Below, in pieces: positions 1 to 10,183 of a DNA stretch of 64,000 nucleotides. Under the pieces are notes generated by a model. The model made no database searches, was not told the origin of the DNA, and saw only the letters and a program-made list of their open reading frames with translations. The stretch comes from a candidate division FCPU426 bacterium (lineage in GTDB: Bacteria; Oederibacteriota; Muellerivitia; Muellerivitales; Muellerivitaceae). The stretch's first letter is position 1. Each line of letters begins with the position of its first letter. The stretch covers positions 192,001-256,000 of the forward strand of contig CAVYSE010000011.1 of the NCBI GenBank assembly GCA_963771075.1, read 5' to 3'. The translations under genes were made by a program, and so were the position numbers.

Positions 1-234
1 GGACCAAGGGGCGAAATAAAGCTTGTTTTCACCTTCCTTATCCCGCGGAATTTCCCTTAACGAGATCGTATCTACCTTTTCCAGAAAAAAACGGCCCCAA
101 AGCCAGAGACCGGTATCGTCTTTCTGAGAAACCTGGCCGCGAAAAATGGTGTTCTCCGACTTATTTCCGGTTTTGGTGAATGCGTCTTTCCACAAAATCC
201 GAACATGATGACCGGCGAGTTGATATTCATCCAT
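1..234 (-). CDS. hypothetical protein, truncated at window start
   Basis: Own translation from ATG at 234: MDEYQLAGHHVRILWKDAF...LYFAPWS, open to the window edge. Confidence 0.6.
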   Translation of the reverse strand, partial: MDEYQLAGHHVRILWKDAFTKTGNKSENTIFRGQVSQKDDTGLWLWGRFFLEKVDTISLREIPRDKEGENKLYFAPWS

Positions 235-438
235 GGTGTTGTTTCATCCGGTTATTAGTTGATTTAGACCCGAGTCCAAACGGTCTATGGGTAAATTATG
301 CCACGAGGTTAGGTTTTTGGGCCGATGTTTCTTTTGAAATTGTTGAATGGTAGTGAGGCGCGAATAGTTGACGAATTTCTATTTGATGTAACGCTCAAAC
401 TTGAAAACCCCAGCCCTTAACGAAACAATGTAACCGTT

Positions 439-1290
439 TCAACTTAATTTCCCAGTCTGGTAGTCCATGAAAGCCTGCTTCAGTTCCCCCATTGTGTTCA
501 TGACGAAGGGCCCCCCACGGACGATTGGTTCTTCGATCTTCTGCGCGCTGGCGAAGAGGAAATGAACTGCATTCTTGGTGGCGGATTGAACTTGCACCCA
601 GGTTCCCGGCCCGAAAATTCCAAGATGGGCTTTTGGAACGGACTGGTTGTTTTTTTGACCGCCCGTTTGTGCCTGACCCTCAATGACGTATAAAAAGGCA
701 TTTTGATTTTCGGGAATTGGAAGGGAAAAGACCGAACCTGGCTCCAGTTTGATATCCAAATAAGTAAAAGGGATGAAGGATTGGGCTGGACTTTTAAACC
801 CGCCGTATTCACCGGCCAAGACCTTGACCCTTACCCCATTTCCGTCAACCATCGGCAATAACTCTTTACCGATGTCCTGGTAGCGCGGGTTTGTCATTTT
901 CTGTTTGGCGGGAAGGTTCAGCCACAACTGAAATCCCCAAGCCAAACCATCGGTTTGTTCAGGCATTTCGCTATGAATTAGGCCGCGGCCGGCGGTCATC
1001 CATTGGATAGAACCGGCGGTTAAATGGCCTTCGTGCCCCTTGGAGTCGCGGTGCGTGAAGGCCCCCGCCATCATATAGGTGACGGTCTCGAACCCACGGT
1101 GGGGGTGGTTGGGAAATCCAGCTCTGTAATCATCCGGATTGTCATTCTTGAATTCATCCAGCAAGAGAAAAGGGTCCAAATGGTCCAATTCTCGGGTGCC
1201 GATGATGCGCTTTAGCTTGACCCCGGCGCCATCCGAGGTGGGGATTCCTGCGTGGATTTGAACAATGTCTCGAATTAGAGTTTCTTTCAT
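439..1290 (-). CDS. pirin family protein
   Basis: DPFLLLD, HPHRGFETVT, QWMTAGRGLIHSE, FQLWLNLP, GPFVMNT. Confidence 0.95.
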   Translation of the reverse strand: MKETLIRDIVQIHAGIPTSDGAGVKLKRIIGTRELDHLDPFLLLDEFKNDNPDDYRAGFPNHPHRGFETVTYMMAGAFTHRDSKGHEGHLTAGSIQWMTAGRGLIHSEMPEQTDGLAWGFQLWLNLPAKQKMTNPRYQDIGKELLPMVDGNGVRVKVLAGEYGGFKSPAQSFIPFTYLDIKLEPGSVFSLPIPENQNAFLYVIEGQAQTGGQKNNQSVPKAHLGIFGPGTWVQVQSATKNAVHFLFASAQKIEEPIVRGGPFVMNTMGELKQAFMDYQTGKLS

Positions 1291-1378
1291 TCGTTAGCTC
1301 CCTTGGACCACAACATTAGGAAAAGAAAATAAATAAAGCCAGTAGTTACCGGTTGACCACTTGTTCGAAGGAGGGAAA

Positions 1379-1393
1379 GGGTAAATAGTACCC
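1379..1393. promoter_or_regulatory. palindrome GGGTA-N5-TACCC, candidate activator site
   Basis: GGGTAAATAGTACCC about 85-100 bp upstream of a sigma-54 promoter; motif recurs at 10016 and 36004. Confidence 0.55.
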
Positions 1394-1475
1394 AATGGAT
1401 TTATAAGACCCGGTATGAAACCCAAATTTGAAGCTGTGGATCCATATTTCCTTCTTATTTTAGGGCATATGGGAT

Positions 1476-1491
1476 TGGCATGGCGGTTGCT
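1476..1491 (+). promoter_or_regulatory. sigma-54 (-24/-12) promoter
   Basis: TGGCATGGCGGTTGCT = GG-N10-GC, near consensus. Confidence 0.75.
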
Positions 1492-3297
1492 GTGGTAATG
1501 GATATGAACAGCGGTGCCCTTATTGCCCATCCTAAGCCGCTCCTAGAACACTTCGCGTGGTTGCGGTATTTCCGTTTGCCTTCTTTAAATTCCAAAAACA
1601 CCAAAAAGGACGCCTTGGTCAGTTTGAGGGCCCTCTTTTTATTAGTGATGCTGGTCCTGCTGTTCTTTAGCCCGAACCCGAGGTTAGGTTCAAACGAACT
1701 CGCTTTAGAAATCTATCTCGGTCTTTTTGGTTTATCGGTATTTGGAATGTTTTTTGTCAAAAAAGAATGGCTGGAACTTAAATTCACCCTTCCCGCCATT
1801 TTTTTGATGGATACCTTTTTTATAACAATCGGGTTGTATTTGGTGGGGTTGGCCGATAGCGACCTATTTTTGGTCTTTTTCACCACTGTTTTCATCTCAG
1901 CCCTCTCCCAGGATGTGAAAAGCGTTTGCTTGGTGGCCGGTGTTTCCTGCCTGCTTTATGGTTTCCTTGAGTTCCGTGAAACGGGTAATTTTTGGATCAG
2001 CGACACGAATTTCCTGGTTCGTTTTCCTTTTTTGATCGTGGCGGCGACGATGAGCGGTTTTTTGGCCATGGATACCAAGCGCCATAAGGAAGAAACTTCC
2101 CGTCTCCAAGTCATGAACCGGTTTCTCGCGGAACAGGCGGATGTTTCCACCCTGAAACTCTTTGAGACGAACCAAAAGATGAAAAGTTTGCTCGAGTATC
2201 ACCATTGTGTACTCTTCTCAATTAAGACGGGGATTATCGTGGTCCAGAAAGATGGGAGGGTGCGAACCTTTAATTCGGGGGCCCGCCAGATCACGGGATG
2301 CGTTGAGGCCGAAATGGCCGATATTTGTCTGGACCAATTTCCTGAGAATTTGAAGCCGGTTTCCCGAGCCCTTCAAAGAACCTTGATCGAAGAAAAGTCG
2401 TTTGTCATGGAAAACCTGGATCTCAAAAGTACCCGGTCCGAAATCGTGCCCGTGAACCTGGAGACCTCGCTTCTGCGGGATGGGACGGGTCAAATTATAG
2501 GCGCCATCGCGACCCTCAAGGATATATCCCTTCTGAACCAACTGGAAAGGCAGTTGGTTCGAAGCGAACGGTTTTCGGCATTGGGTGAGATGGCGGCGGG
2601 CATGGCCCATGAGATCAAAAACCCCCTTAATTCAGTCCAGGGTTTTTCAAAACGCCTCTCCGCCAAGATCTCCGATCCCAGTCTGAAGAAATACGCGGAT
2701 ATCATCGCGGAAGAAGTGGGCCGGATGGACAACATCGTAAACGAAATATTGGATTTCAGCCGCACCGATACGCTTCACCGATCCTGGGTGGATTTACATC
2801 AGATGATGCGCGAAACGGTGGCGTTTTTAGGGGAAAAAATCGAAAAGGCCAATGTGGTCGTCAAAGAGGAATTTCTTCAAGACCTACCCCAGGTGGAAGC
2901 GGACCTGCCCAAAATCAGGCAAGTGGTCTTGAATTTGATCCTGAACGCCGTTCAAGCCATGCCCCAAGGCGGAACCCTGACCTTAAAAACGAAATTTTTG
3001 GATGGGTTCATTCCCAAAGGCGAGGTGAAAGTGAGTAAAGATTTGGCTTATCAACAGTTGTTTTTACAGGAAAAAATGGTGGTTCTAACGGTCCAAGACA
3101 CGGGTTGCGGCATACCCGCTGAGAATTTAGCCAAAGTTTTCCAACCCTTTTTTACCACCAAGATCACGGGTACCGGATTGGGATTGAGCGTGTGCCATAA
3201 GCTTGTCGCGGCGCATGGAGGGACGTTGGACGTAGAAAGCACGGTAGGGGTGGGGACGTCGTTTTCAATTTATTTGCCGGTTCATCAGGAGGAGTAA
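1480..3297 (+). CDS. membrane PAS sensor histidine kinase (PilS/NtrB-like); true start probably downstream of 1500
   Basis: Several TM helices, PAS, AHEIKNPL H-box, NLILNAVQAM, DTGCGI, FFTTK, GTGLGL. Confidence 0.92.
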   Translation: MAVAVVMDMNSGALIAHPKPLLEHFAWLRYFRLPSLNSKNTKKDALVSLRALFLLVMLVLLFFSPNPRLGSNELALEIYLGLFGLSVFGMFFVKKEWLELKFTLPAIFLMDTFFITIGLYLVGLADSDLFLVFFTTVFISALSQDVKSVCLVAGVSCLLYGFLEFRETGNFWISDTNFLVRFPFLIVAATMSGFLAMDTKRHKEETSRLQVMNRFLAEQADVSTLKLFETNQKMKSLLEYHHCVLFSIKTGIIVVQKDGRVRTFNSGARQITGCVEAEMADICLDQFPENLKPVSRALQRTLIEEKSFVMENLDLKSTRSEIVPVNLETSLLRDGTGQIIGAIATLKDISLLNQLERQLVRSERFSALGEMAAGMAHEIKNPLNSVQGFSKRLSAKISDPSLKKYADIIAEEVGRMDNIVNEILDFSRTDTLHRSWVDLHQMMRETVAFLGEKIEKANVVVKEEFLQDLPQVEADLPKIRQVVLNLILNAVQAMPQGGTLTLKTKFLDGFIPKGEVKVSKDLAYQQLFLQEKMVVLTVQDTGCGIPAENLAKVFQPFFTTKITGTGLGLSVCHKLVAAHGGTLDVESTVGVGTSFSIYLPVHQEE

Positions 3298-3300
3298 GCC

Positions 3301-3693
3301 ATGGATAAAAGACAAATATCAATATTGGTGGCCGAGGATGAAGACAACGCCCGTTTGCTTTATTTTGACGAACTCTCGGATGAGGGATACCGCGTCTACC
3401 CCGCCATGAATGGCCTTCAAGCCTTGGGCCTGCTGGAAGATAACAAGATCGATTTGGTCGTCACCGATATCAAAATGCCGGACATGCATGCCTTGGAGAT
3501 GATCCCCTGGATCCGGGCTGAATACCCCGGATTGCCGGTCATCGTGGTTTCGGCTTTCAAGGGCATGGAAAATGACTTCAATTTGAAAGAAAATTTCATC
3601 GATGGCTTTTTCGCAAAACCAGTGAATATGGAAGCGCTGAAAAGGAAAATAGAAGAAATCTTGACCAGCCGTTTGGCGCACCATGCCGCGTAA
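3301..3693 (+). CDS. single-domain response regulator
   Basis: ILVAEDE, DLVVTDIKMP, VSA, AKP; RBS AGGAGG. Confidence 0.92.
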   Translation: MDKRQISILVAEDEDNARLLYFDELSDEGYRVYPAMNGLQALGLLEDNKIDLVVTDIKMPDMHALEMIPWIRAEYPGLPVIVVSAFKGMENDFNLKENFIDGFFAKPVNMEALKRKIEEILTSRLAHHAA

Positions 3694-3974
3694 ATGAACC
3701 TTCATAAATGGTTTCAACCTGGGTTGGGGCATGATTGCATGAGTTCTGTTTTATTGATGTCCTCCATCATCTGAAATTGTGCGGCAGTCCTTCCATTTTG
3801 TGGTCCTACTCAAAGATGTTTTTTCCATTTGAGAATTATTTACACAGCTCCTCCGAACCTTTTTAATAGGATCAACACATTTTCTTTTGCAGCCAAAGGG
3901 AGTGTTAGAATAGGAAAACCCAATACGCTCCGATTGGGACCGGCGACCCAGCGGCTCAAGAAAAGGCGTATACG

Positions 3975-6900
3975 ATGAAACCCGTCCCTGGCGACTCCAA
4001 CCCAGATTCCGAAGAGAAACGATTGCTTCTCATTTGCCATGAGGATCTAATCGCCTCGCGTATCCTTAAAATCCTTGAAAAGATTTCTGTGGAGCCATAC
4101 GCCGTTGAGCGAGCGATGATTTTCGGACAGGTTTTCAAGGCGGTGGCAAACCCAAGTTTCCACATTTGTTTGATCGTGGAAAGCACCGACCCGAATCAAG
4201 CCCTTAGTTTTTTGCATACCTCCCTGTTGAAACAACGCGACATTCCAATAATCCTCCTGAGCCATATGGACCCGGACGCGGGGACGGTGGAAGCGTTCCG
4301 ACTCGGGGCCGCCGATTTCATTTCGTTGAATCAATTAGACGCGACGGTTTTGGAGCGCTCCCTCCGCTACGCCCTCGAACGCAAAAGGGCGAGAGATGCC
4401 GTCCGTGAGAGTGAGGATTTTTTTCGCGTCGTCATCGAGAATAATCAAGACGGCATCTCGGTCATCGACCCGAATGGAAAAGTCCGCTATACCAGTTCTT
4501 CCTTGTCGAGGATATTGGGTTATAGCCCCGAGGAAAGGATCGGTAAATATACGTTCGATGTTTTGCACCCCGATGACATGAATTGGATCCAAGAAGCGTT
4601 CAAGGGGTTGTTGCAAAATCCGGGAAGTGTTCAAAAGGGACAAGTTCGCGCGCGACACAAAGACGGCGCTTGGCGTTATTTGGACTTGGCCGCGAAAAGC
4701 CATTATTTTTCCCAGTATTCCTCCCTCGCCGTGGTTTTGAATTACCGGGATGTGACCGACCGGGTCAAAGCCCAACAGGTCACGGAACGGCTGGCCTCTA
4801 TTGTCGATTCCTCCCATGACGCCATTTATACCCTTTCCCGGGAAGGCGTCATATTCAGCTGGAATCCGAGGGCCCGGGAAATCTATGGATTTCCGCCCGA
4901 GGAAATCAGCGGCCGGCATTTTTCGCTCATCATGGATCAGGATGAAAGCAACCGTTTTCAAACAACGCTGGAAGAAGTTTTTGAAGGCCGGGGACCGAAT
5001 TCTTTTCAAACAACCCACCGCTCAAAGGTCGGGAAACTCATTTCTGTTTCCTTGGTCCTTTCCCCGATTAGGGATTCCAAGGGACAAATTAACCGGGTTT
5101 CAGTTATCGCACGGGATATTTCACCCGAATACAAGTTAATGGAAATCGGGAAACGGCTTTCCAGCCTTCTCGAGAACGCGCCCACCGCCATTTACAGCGG
5201 GGACAAAGAAGGCGTTATCACGATGTGGAGCCGGGGAGCGGAGAAAATATTCGGTTATAAAGCGGAGGAAATGATCGGCCAAAAAACCGATATTTTGGAA
5301 GTGCCCGAAAATCCGGGCGAGATTGCGAAGTTACGAAAAGAAGTGAACGATGGAAAGGCTCATATCCATTATGAGACCGTACGCCGTCGTAAAGACGGAA
5401 GCCGGGTCAACATGATATTCCAGATATTCCCGGCTTTGGATGCCAATGGAAAAAATGTCGGAGTAACCGCGATTGGGGAGGACGTTACTTCCCGAATGAT
5501 AGCGGAACGGGCTTTAAATGAAAGCGAGGCCCGTCTTCGTGATATTTTTGAAAAGAGCCCCTTGGGAATGGCCTTGACGACCACCAGCGGTCTATTGAGG
5601 ATCGTCAACCCGAAGTTTTGCCAGATGCTTGGATATGAACCTTCCGAATTGATCGATCGGCCCATTATGGAGATCAGTTACCCCCAAGACCTGCCGAGAG
5701 AAGTGGAGGGGATGAGAAATTTAATCCAAGGAAAAATCGGTTACTTGGAATTGGATAAAAGATACCTCCATAAAAGGGGGCATTGGATATGGACCCATCT
5801 GGTCGCTTCCATGTTAACCCCCGAAAAAAGCGAGGATAACCTGGTATTGGGAATGGTGGAGGATATCACGGACCGGGTCTTCGCGAAGAGGGCTTTGGAG
5901 GAAAGCGAGGCCCGATTCAAGCAGATATTTCATGAAAGCCCCATTGGTATGGGTTTGGTGCGGCAGGACGGCATCGTTTTGATGATCAATCCGAAGTTCT
6001 GCCAGCTTCTGGGATATAACGAGTCCGAATTGATCGGCCGAAATTATTTTGAGTTCATTTCGCCGGACGAACTAAAAGAAGCCAAGGATAACCTGGCGGC
6101 CATGTACCGGGGAGACCGGCATTCCTATTCGGTTGAACGGCGGTACCGCCGCAGGGATGGCCAATGGTTTTGGGGCCATATGGAAGTGACCAGGATGAAA
6201 ACAGCCGAAGGCGCCCCGCTTTTGGCTTTCGGAATGTTGGAAGACATCAGCGAACGCAAGAAATCGCAGGAAACAAGGGAGTTCCTGGTCAATGTACTCG
6301 AAAACACCGGGGAAGCCGTCATCACCGCCGACTTGAACGGGACCTTGCTTAGCTGGAACAAGGCAGCGGAAACCCTTTACGGATTCACGGCGGCGGAGGC
6401 GATAGGCAAAAAAGCCCGGGATCTCATGCCGGAAGGAAAAGCGCGGGAAATTCAAGCGTTAATGGATCGGTTCATTCAGGGGGAGAAAATTAAGAACCAT
6501 GAAATGATCCGCTTAAAGAATAACGGGGAGCCTTTTTACGCCTCCATCACCTTTTCATTGTTAAAGGACGAAAGGGGCGCCAAAAAGGGCATTACCATGG
6601 TCATCCGGGACGTCAGTGAAATGAAAAAGGCCCGTAAGTCCCAAGACCGATTGGCGAACATCCTTGAACATTCCTATGACGCCATCCTTGGCATCGATAT
6701 GGAAGGCGTGATCACCCATTGGAATATAGGCGCCGAGACAATGTTCGGATACACCGCCTCGGAAGCGCACGGCCAAAACATCCAATTGCTGGTCCCGGAG
6801 GAATATCGGTCGGAAACACGTTATTTGATGGAAAAAGCGGTCAAGGGGGAGTCGGTCGGAAATTTCGAGACCGTGCGGAGAAGAAAAAACGGTTCCCTGA

Positions 6901-8525
6901 TCGACGTGTCCCTCAATGTCTCGCCTTTCAAAGATGACTCAGGGAAGGTCACGGCGGTTTCGGCGATATTACGGGACATCACGGAAACGAAAAAGGCGCG
7001 GGAAACGCGGGAGCGTTTGGCGGATATTTTGGAAAACAGCCCCATTGCCATCACCACGACCAATCTGGAAAGGAAGTTCATTCAATTCAACCATGCGGCT
7101 GAAAACCTTTATGGGTATAAAGCGGAGGAGATGTTGGGGAAAACCCATCGGACCCTGGTGCCGGAGGATCATTGGCAGCAACATTTAGAGGTCCGGGAAA
7201 ATGTGCTCCAAGGGCAATCCGTCGTTCATTTTGAGTCGGTCCGGCGGAGAAAGGACGGGCAACCGATCGCGGTTTCAAGCACCCTTATTCCCTACCGGGA
7301 TAGTGAAGGGAAAATCATGGGAGTCACGGCGATGTCGGTCGACATCACGGAACAAAAAAAAGCCGCGGAGACGCTGAATCGAAAGGAAGAGCAGATCAAA
7401 CTGGCCCAGAAAATGGAAGCCATCGGCCGATTGGCGGGGGGAGTCGCCCATGACTTCAACAACCTATTGAGCATTATCGGGGGTAACGCCAACTTTGTCC
7501 TGGATGACCCTGCCTTTGAAGGACCCCACCGGGAAGAATTGGAAGAAATCAAGAAAGCCGTCCAGCAGGGGTCCGATTTAACCCGCCAACTGCTCTTGTT
7601 GGGGCAAAAGCAAATCTCCCAGGCCCAACCTATCCAACTCAACGATCTTTGCCGGGAAATGATGAAAATGTCCAAGCGGTTAGTGGACGCGTCCATCGAA
7701 ATCACACTCGACCTGGAAAAGGACCTGCACCCCATCTTCGCGGACCTGATCCAGATCCAGCAGGTGATCCTAAACCTGGTGTTGAACGCCCGGGACGCCA
7801 TGCCGCGGGGCGGGAACCTGAGGATCCAAACCCGAAACGAGGTTTCGGAAGGCCAGCCATTTCTTTCGGAATACGCCTCCTGGGTCAAGTTGACCGTCAC
7901 GGACACGGGAGTCGGGATGGATGCCCAGGTTCAAAAACATATCTTTGAACCCTTTTATACCACGAAGGGTGCGAAAGGAACCGGGTTGGGATTGACGACT
8001 GTTTATGGAATCGTGAAGCAATGGAAGGGACAGGTTCAAATCGAAAGCGCGGTGGGCCAGGGAACTTCTTTTTTCATATATTTCCCGGCTCATGAATCCG
8101 TGGAGAAACAACCGGGTTTATCCCGACAGGTTTCCCTGATACCGAATGGTTCCGAAACCATCCTGGTGGTCGAGGACGAGCCCTCGGTCCGTCAGATCGT
8201 GGTCAAGAGTCTTCGAAAATGGGGATATAAGGTTCTGGAAGCGGAAAATGGGGTGGACGCAGTTCGGGAAAGTTGGAATTATAAAGGGGAAATCCACCTG
8301 CTTTTAACCGATACCGTCATGCCTAAAATGGACGGGTTTCAGCTCGCGGAAGAATTAAGAAACACCAGGCCGCGGATGAAGGTGCTTTTCATGTCGGGAT
8401 ACCCGCGGGATATCCTTTCCAGCAAAGGGATATTGAACCCGGACATCTTTTTAGTGAGAAAACCATTCGCGAAAGATGAGCTTGCCCAACAAATACGGCA
8501 ATTGTTGGACCAAAAGAAAAAATAA
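3975..8525 (+). CDS. cytoplasmic hybrid histidine kinase: degenerate REC - 8 PAS - HisKA - HATPase - REC
   Basis: Repeated PAS/PAC units ending RDIT/EDIT, AHDFNNLL H-box, DTGVGM, GTGLGL, C-terminal ILVVEDE...TDTVMP. Confidence 0.93.
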   Translation: MKPVPGDSNPDSEEKRLLLICHEDLIASRILKILEKISVEPYAVERAMIFGQVFKAVANPSFHICLIVESTDPNQALSFLHTSLLKQRDIPIILLSHMDPDAGTVEAFRLGAADFISLNQLDATVLERSLRYALERKRARDAVRESEDFFRVVIENNQDGISVIDPNGKVRYTSSSLSRILGYSPEERIGKYTFDVLHPDDMNWIQEAFKGLLQNPGSVQKGQVRARHKDGAWRYLDLAAKSHYFSQYSSLAVVLNYRDVTDRVKAQQVTERLASIVDSSHDAIYTLSREGVIFSWNPRAREIYGFPPEEISGRHFSLIMDQDESNRFQTTLEEVFEGRGPNSFQTTHRSKVGKLISVSLVLSPIRDSKGQINRVSVIARDISPEYKLMEIGKRLSSLLENAPTAIYSGDKEGVITMWSRGAEKIFGYKAEEMIGQKTDILEVPENPGEIAKLRKEVNDGKAHIHYETVRRRKDGSRVNMIFQIFPALDANGKNVGVTAIGEDVTSRMIAERALNESEARLRDIFEKSPLGMALTTTSGLLRIVNPKFCQMLGYEPSELIDRPIMEISYPQDLPREVEGMRNLIQGKIGYLELDKRYLHKRGHWIWTHLVASMLTPEKSEDNLVLGMVEDITDRVFAKRALEESEARFKQIFHESPIGMGLVRQDGIVLMINPKFCQLLGYNESELIGRNYFEFISPDELKEAKDNLAAMYRGDRHSYSVERRYRRRDGQWFWGHMEVTRMKTAEGAPLLAFGMLEDISERKKSQETREFLVNVLENTGEAVITADLNGTLLSWNKAAETLYGFTAAEAIGKKARDLMPEGKAREIQALMDRFIQGEKIKNHEMIRLKNNGEPFYASITFSLLKDERGAKKGITMVIRDVSEMKKARKSQDRLANILEHSYDAILGIDMEGVITHWNIGAETMFGYTASEAHGQNIQLLVPEEYRSETRYLMEKAVKGESVGNFETVRRRKNGSLIDVSLNVSPFKDDSGKVTAVSAILRDITETKKARETRERLADILENSPIAITTTNLERKFIQFNHAAENLYGYKAEEMLGKTHRTLVPEDHWQQHLEVRENVLQGQSVVHFESVRRRKDGQPIAVSSTLIPYRDSEGKIMGVTAMSVDITEQKKAAETLNRKEEQIKLAQKMEAIGRLAGGVAHDFNNLLSIIGGNANFVLDDPAFEGPHREELEEIKKAVQQGSDLTRQLLLLGQKQISQAQPIQLNDLCREMMKMSKRLVDASIEITLDLEKDLHPIFADLIQIQQVILNLVLNARDAMPRGGNLRIQTRNEVSEGQPFLSEYASWVKLTVTDTGVGMDAQVQKHIFEPFYTTKGAKGTGLGLTTVYGIVKQWKGQVQIESAVGQGTSFFIYFPAHESVEKQPGLSRQVSLIPNGSETILVVEDEPSVRQIVVKSLRKWGYKVLEAENGVDAVRESWNYKGEIHLLLTDTVMPKMDGFQLAEELRNTRPRMKVLFMSGYPRDILSSKGILNPDIFLVRKPFAKDELAQQIRQLLDQKKK

Positions 8526-8550
8526 ATAAAGCTCCCGAATTCCCTGTGAA

Positions 8551-9903
8551 TTAAACCTGGTCTTTCTTCAAACCGTAACGTTTCAACTGGTTAAAGAGGG
8601 TTTTACGGGTAATGCCCAGTAAATCGGCGGCCTTGGATTTATTCCCCTTGGTCATGGTCAGGGCCCGTTGAATATTCAAAATATCCGATTCCTTCTGTTT
8701 CAACACGGGTTTATCCAAGGAGGGGAAGGGTTTTACCTCCCGAACTTCTTTCGGCAAGTCTCTCAGGGTCAAGCCGCCTCCCTTGGCCATTACCACCATG
8801 CGTTCAATCAGGTGTTTGAGTTCACGAACGTTTCCGGGCCAGGAATAGGCTTGCAGGGCCGAAAGGATATCCTTGTTTAGGAGGCTTAGGTTTTTATTGA
8901 AGGCCCGGCAGGCCTCCTGGTGGAAAAATTGAGCCAATTGGGCGATATCTTCCGACCGGTTGCGCAGCGGGGGGATTTCCAAGGGAACCACATTCAAGCG
9001 ATAAAACAAATCGGCCCGGAACCGGCCTTCTTTGACCTCGTTCTCCAGGTTGCGGTGGGTCGCGGTAATGATGCGGACGTCAAAGGGGATTTCTTTCACG
9101 CCGCCTAGCCTGCGGGAGGTCTTTTGCTCCAATACCTTCAGTAATTTGGTCTGAACCGCCTGGGTGAGCTCACCAATTTCATCCAGGAAAAGACTGCCCC
9201 CGTTGGCGATCTCGAACAAACCCTGTTTCTGCCTGCGGGCATCGGTGAAAGCACCCTGCTCATAACCGAAAAGCTCGGATTCCAGAATCGTTTCCGGCAA
9301 GGCTCCGCAATGGATTTCCACAAAGGGCCTGGAGGCGCGGGAAGAAAAGGAATGGACCAACCGGGCCACATGCTCCTTTCCCGTTCCCGTCTCCCCCAGG
9401 ATCAAAACCGTAATTTGGTCCTGCTGGGCGACCTGCGTTATGGAGGTATAAAGTTTTTGCATTTCCGGGTTGGAGAGGAAAAGGTAATCCTTGCGGTACA
9501 TTTCCAACTGGTTTTTCTTGAGTCCCTCGATTTGGGTGATCAGGCCCCGCTTCTCGGCGATGTGTTTCGTGATGAGTTTGAGTTTTTGGTGATCGATGGG
9601 TTTCTCGAGATAATCCTCCGCGCCAAGCTTCATGGCCTGAACGGCCGAGTCCACCGTACCCCCTCCGGTGATGATGACGACGGAGCAAGCGCTATAGGCC
9701 TGGTTCAGCTTTTCCAACACTTCCATGCCGTTGACGTCGGGCAGGTGAATGTCCAAAAGAAGCATGTCAGGCTGGATGATCTTATGCTTTTCGATCCCCT
9801 CGGACGCGGTATAGGCGGGATAAACCTCGTGGCCTTCTTGGGTCAATATTTTGGAAAGGATTTTGACGAGGGATTCTTCATCGTCCAAGATCAGAATTTT
9901 CAA
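8551..9903 (-). CDS. sigma-54-dependent response regulator (NtrC/AtoC family)
   Basis: REC, GETGTGKE, ESELFG..GAFTDA, FLDEIG, FRADLFYRLNV, WPGNVREL, Fis-type HTH. Confidence 0.95.
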   Translation of the reverse strand: MKILILDDEESLVKILSKILTQEGHEVYPAYTASEGIEKHKIIQPDMLLLDIHLPDVNGMEVLEKLNQAYSACSVVIITGGGTVDSAVQAMKLGAEDYLEKPIDHQKLKLITKHIAEKRGLITQIEGLKKNQLEMYRKDYLFLSNPEMQKLYTSITQVAQQDQITVLILGETGTGKEHVARLVHSFSSRASRPFVEIHCGALPETILESELFGYEQGAFTDARRQKQGLFEIANGGSLFLDEIGELTQAVQTKLLKVLEQKTSRRLGGVKEIPFDVRIITATHRNLENEVKEGRFRADLFYRLNVVPLEIPPLRNRSEDIAQLAQFFHQEACRAFNKNLSLLNKDILSALQAYSWPGNVRELKHLIERMVVMAKGGGLTLRDLPKEVREVKPFPSLDKPVLKQKESDILNIQRALTMTKGNKSKAADLLGITRKTLFNQLKRYGLKKDQV

Positions 9904-10015
9904 GGTTGAGCCTGCTTGTGTGAAATTGTGTTTATAGCTTATGCATAGTTTAACGTTGGATTATTTAGCAATAGATGAAAAATTTTAATTCGCGATTCGA
10001 GTGTCATGGTCAATT

Positions 10016-10079
10016 GGGTAATAAATACTCACTCGGAAAAGGAATACCCTCCAATAAATCGGGTAGTGAAGAAATACCC
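10016..10079. promoter_or_regulatory. three GGGTA-N5-TACCC-like sites, candidate enhancer
   Basis: GGGTAATAAATACTC (10016), GGAAAAGGAATACCC (10035), AGTGAAGAAATACCC (10065). Confidence 0.55.
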
Positions 10080-10099
10080 TTTGAAACGGGGCCATCTAT

Positions 10100-10115
10100 T
10101 GGCATGCCCCATGCT
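10100..10115 (+). promoter_or_regulatory. sigma-54 (-24/-12) promoter
   Basis: TGGCATGCCCCATGCT = GG-N10-GC, divergent from the NtrC-type gene. Confidence 0.65.
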
Positions 10116-10183
10116 TTATCTATGACGAAGGGTGGGAAACGGGACTCGCAGGAAAGGCGTTTCGCACGGCAAAGGGGGCTGAC

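Noticed and set aside
289..303. GGGTAAATTATGCCA as another enhancer or sigma-54 promoter
   Set aside because: Two mismatches and no -12 GC at the right spacing
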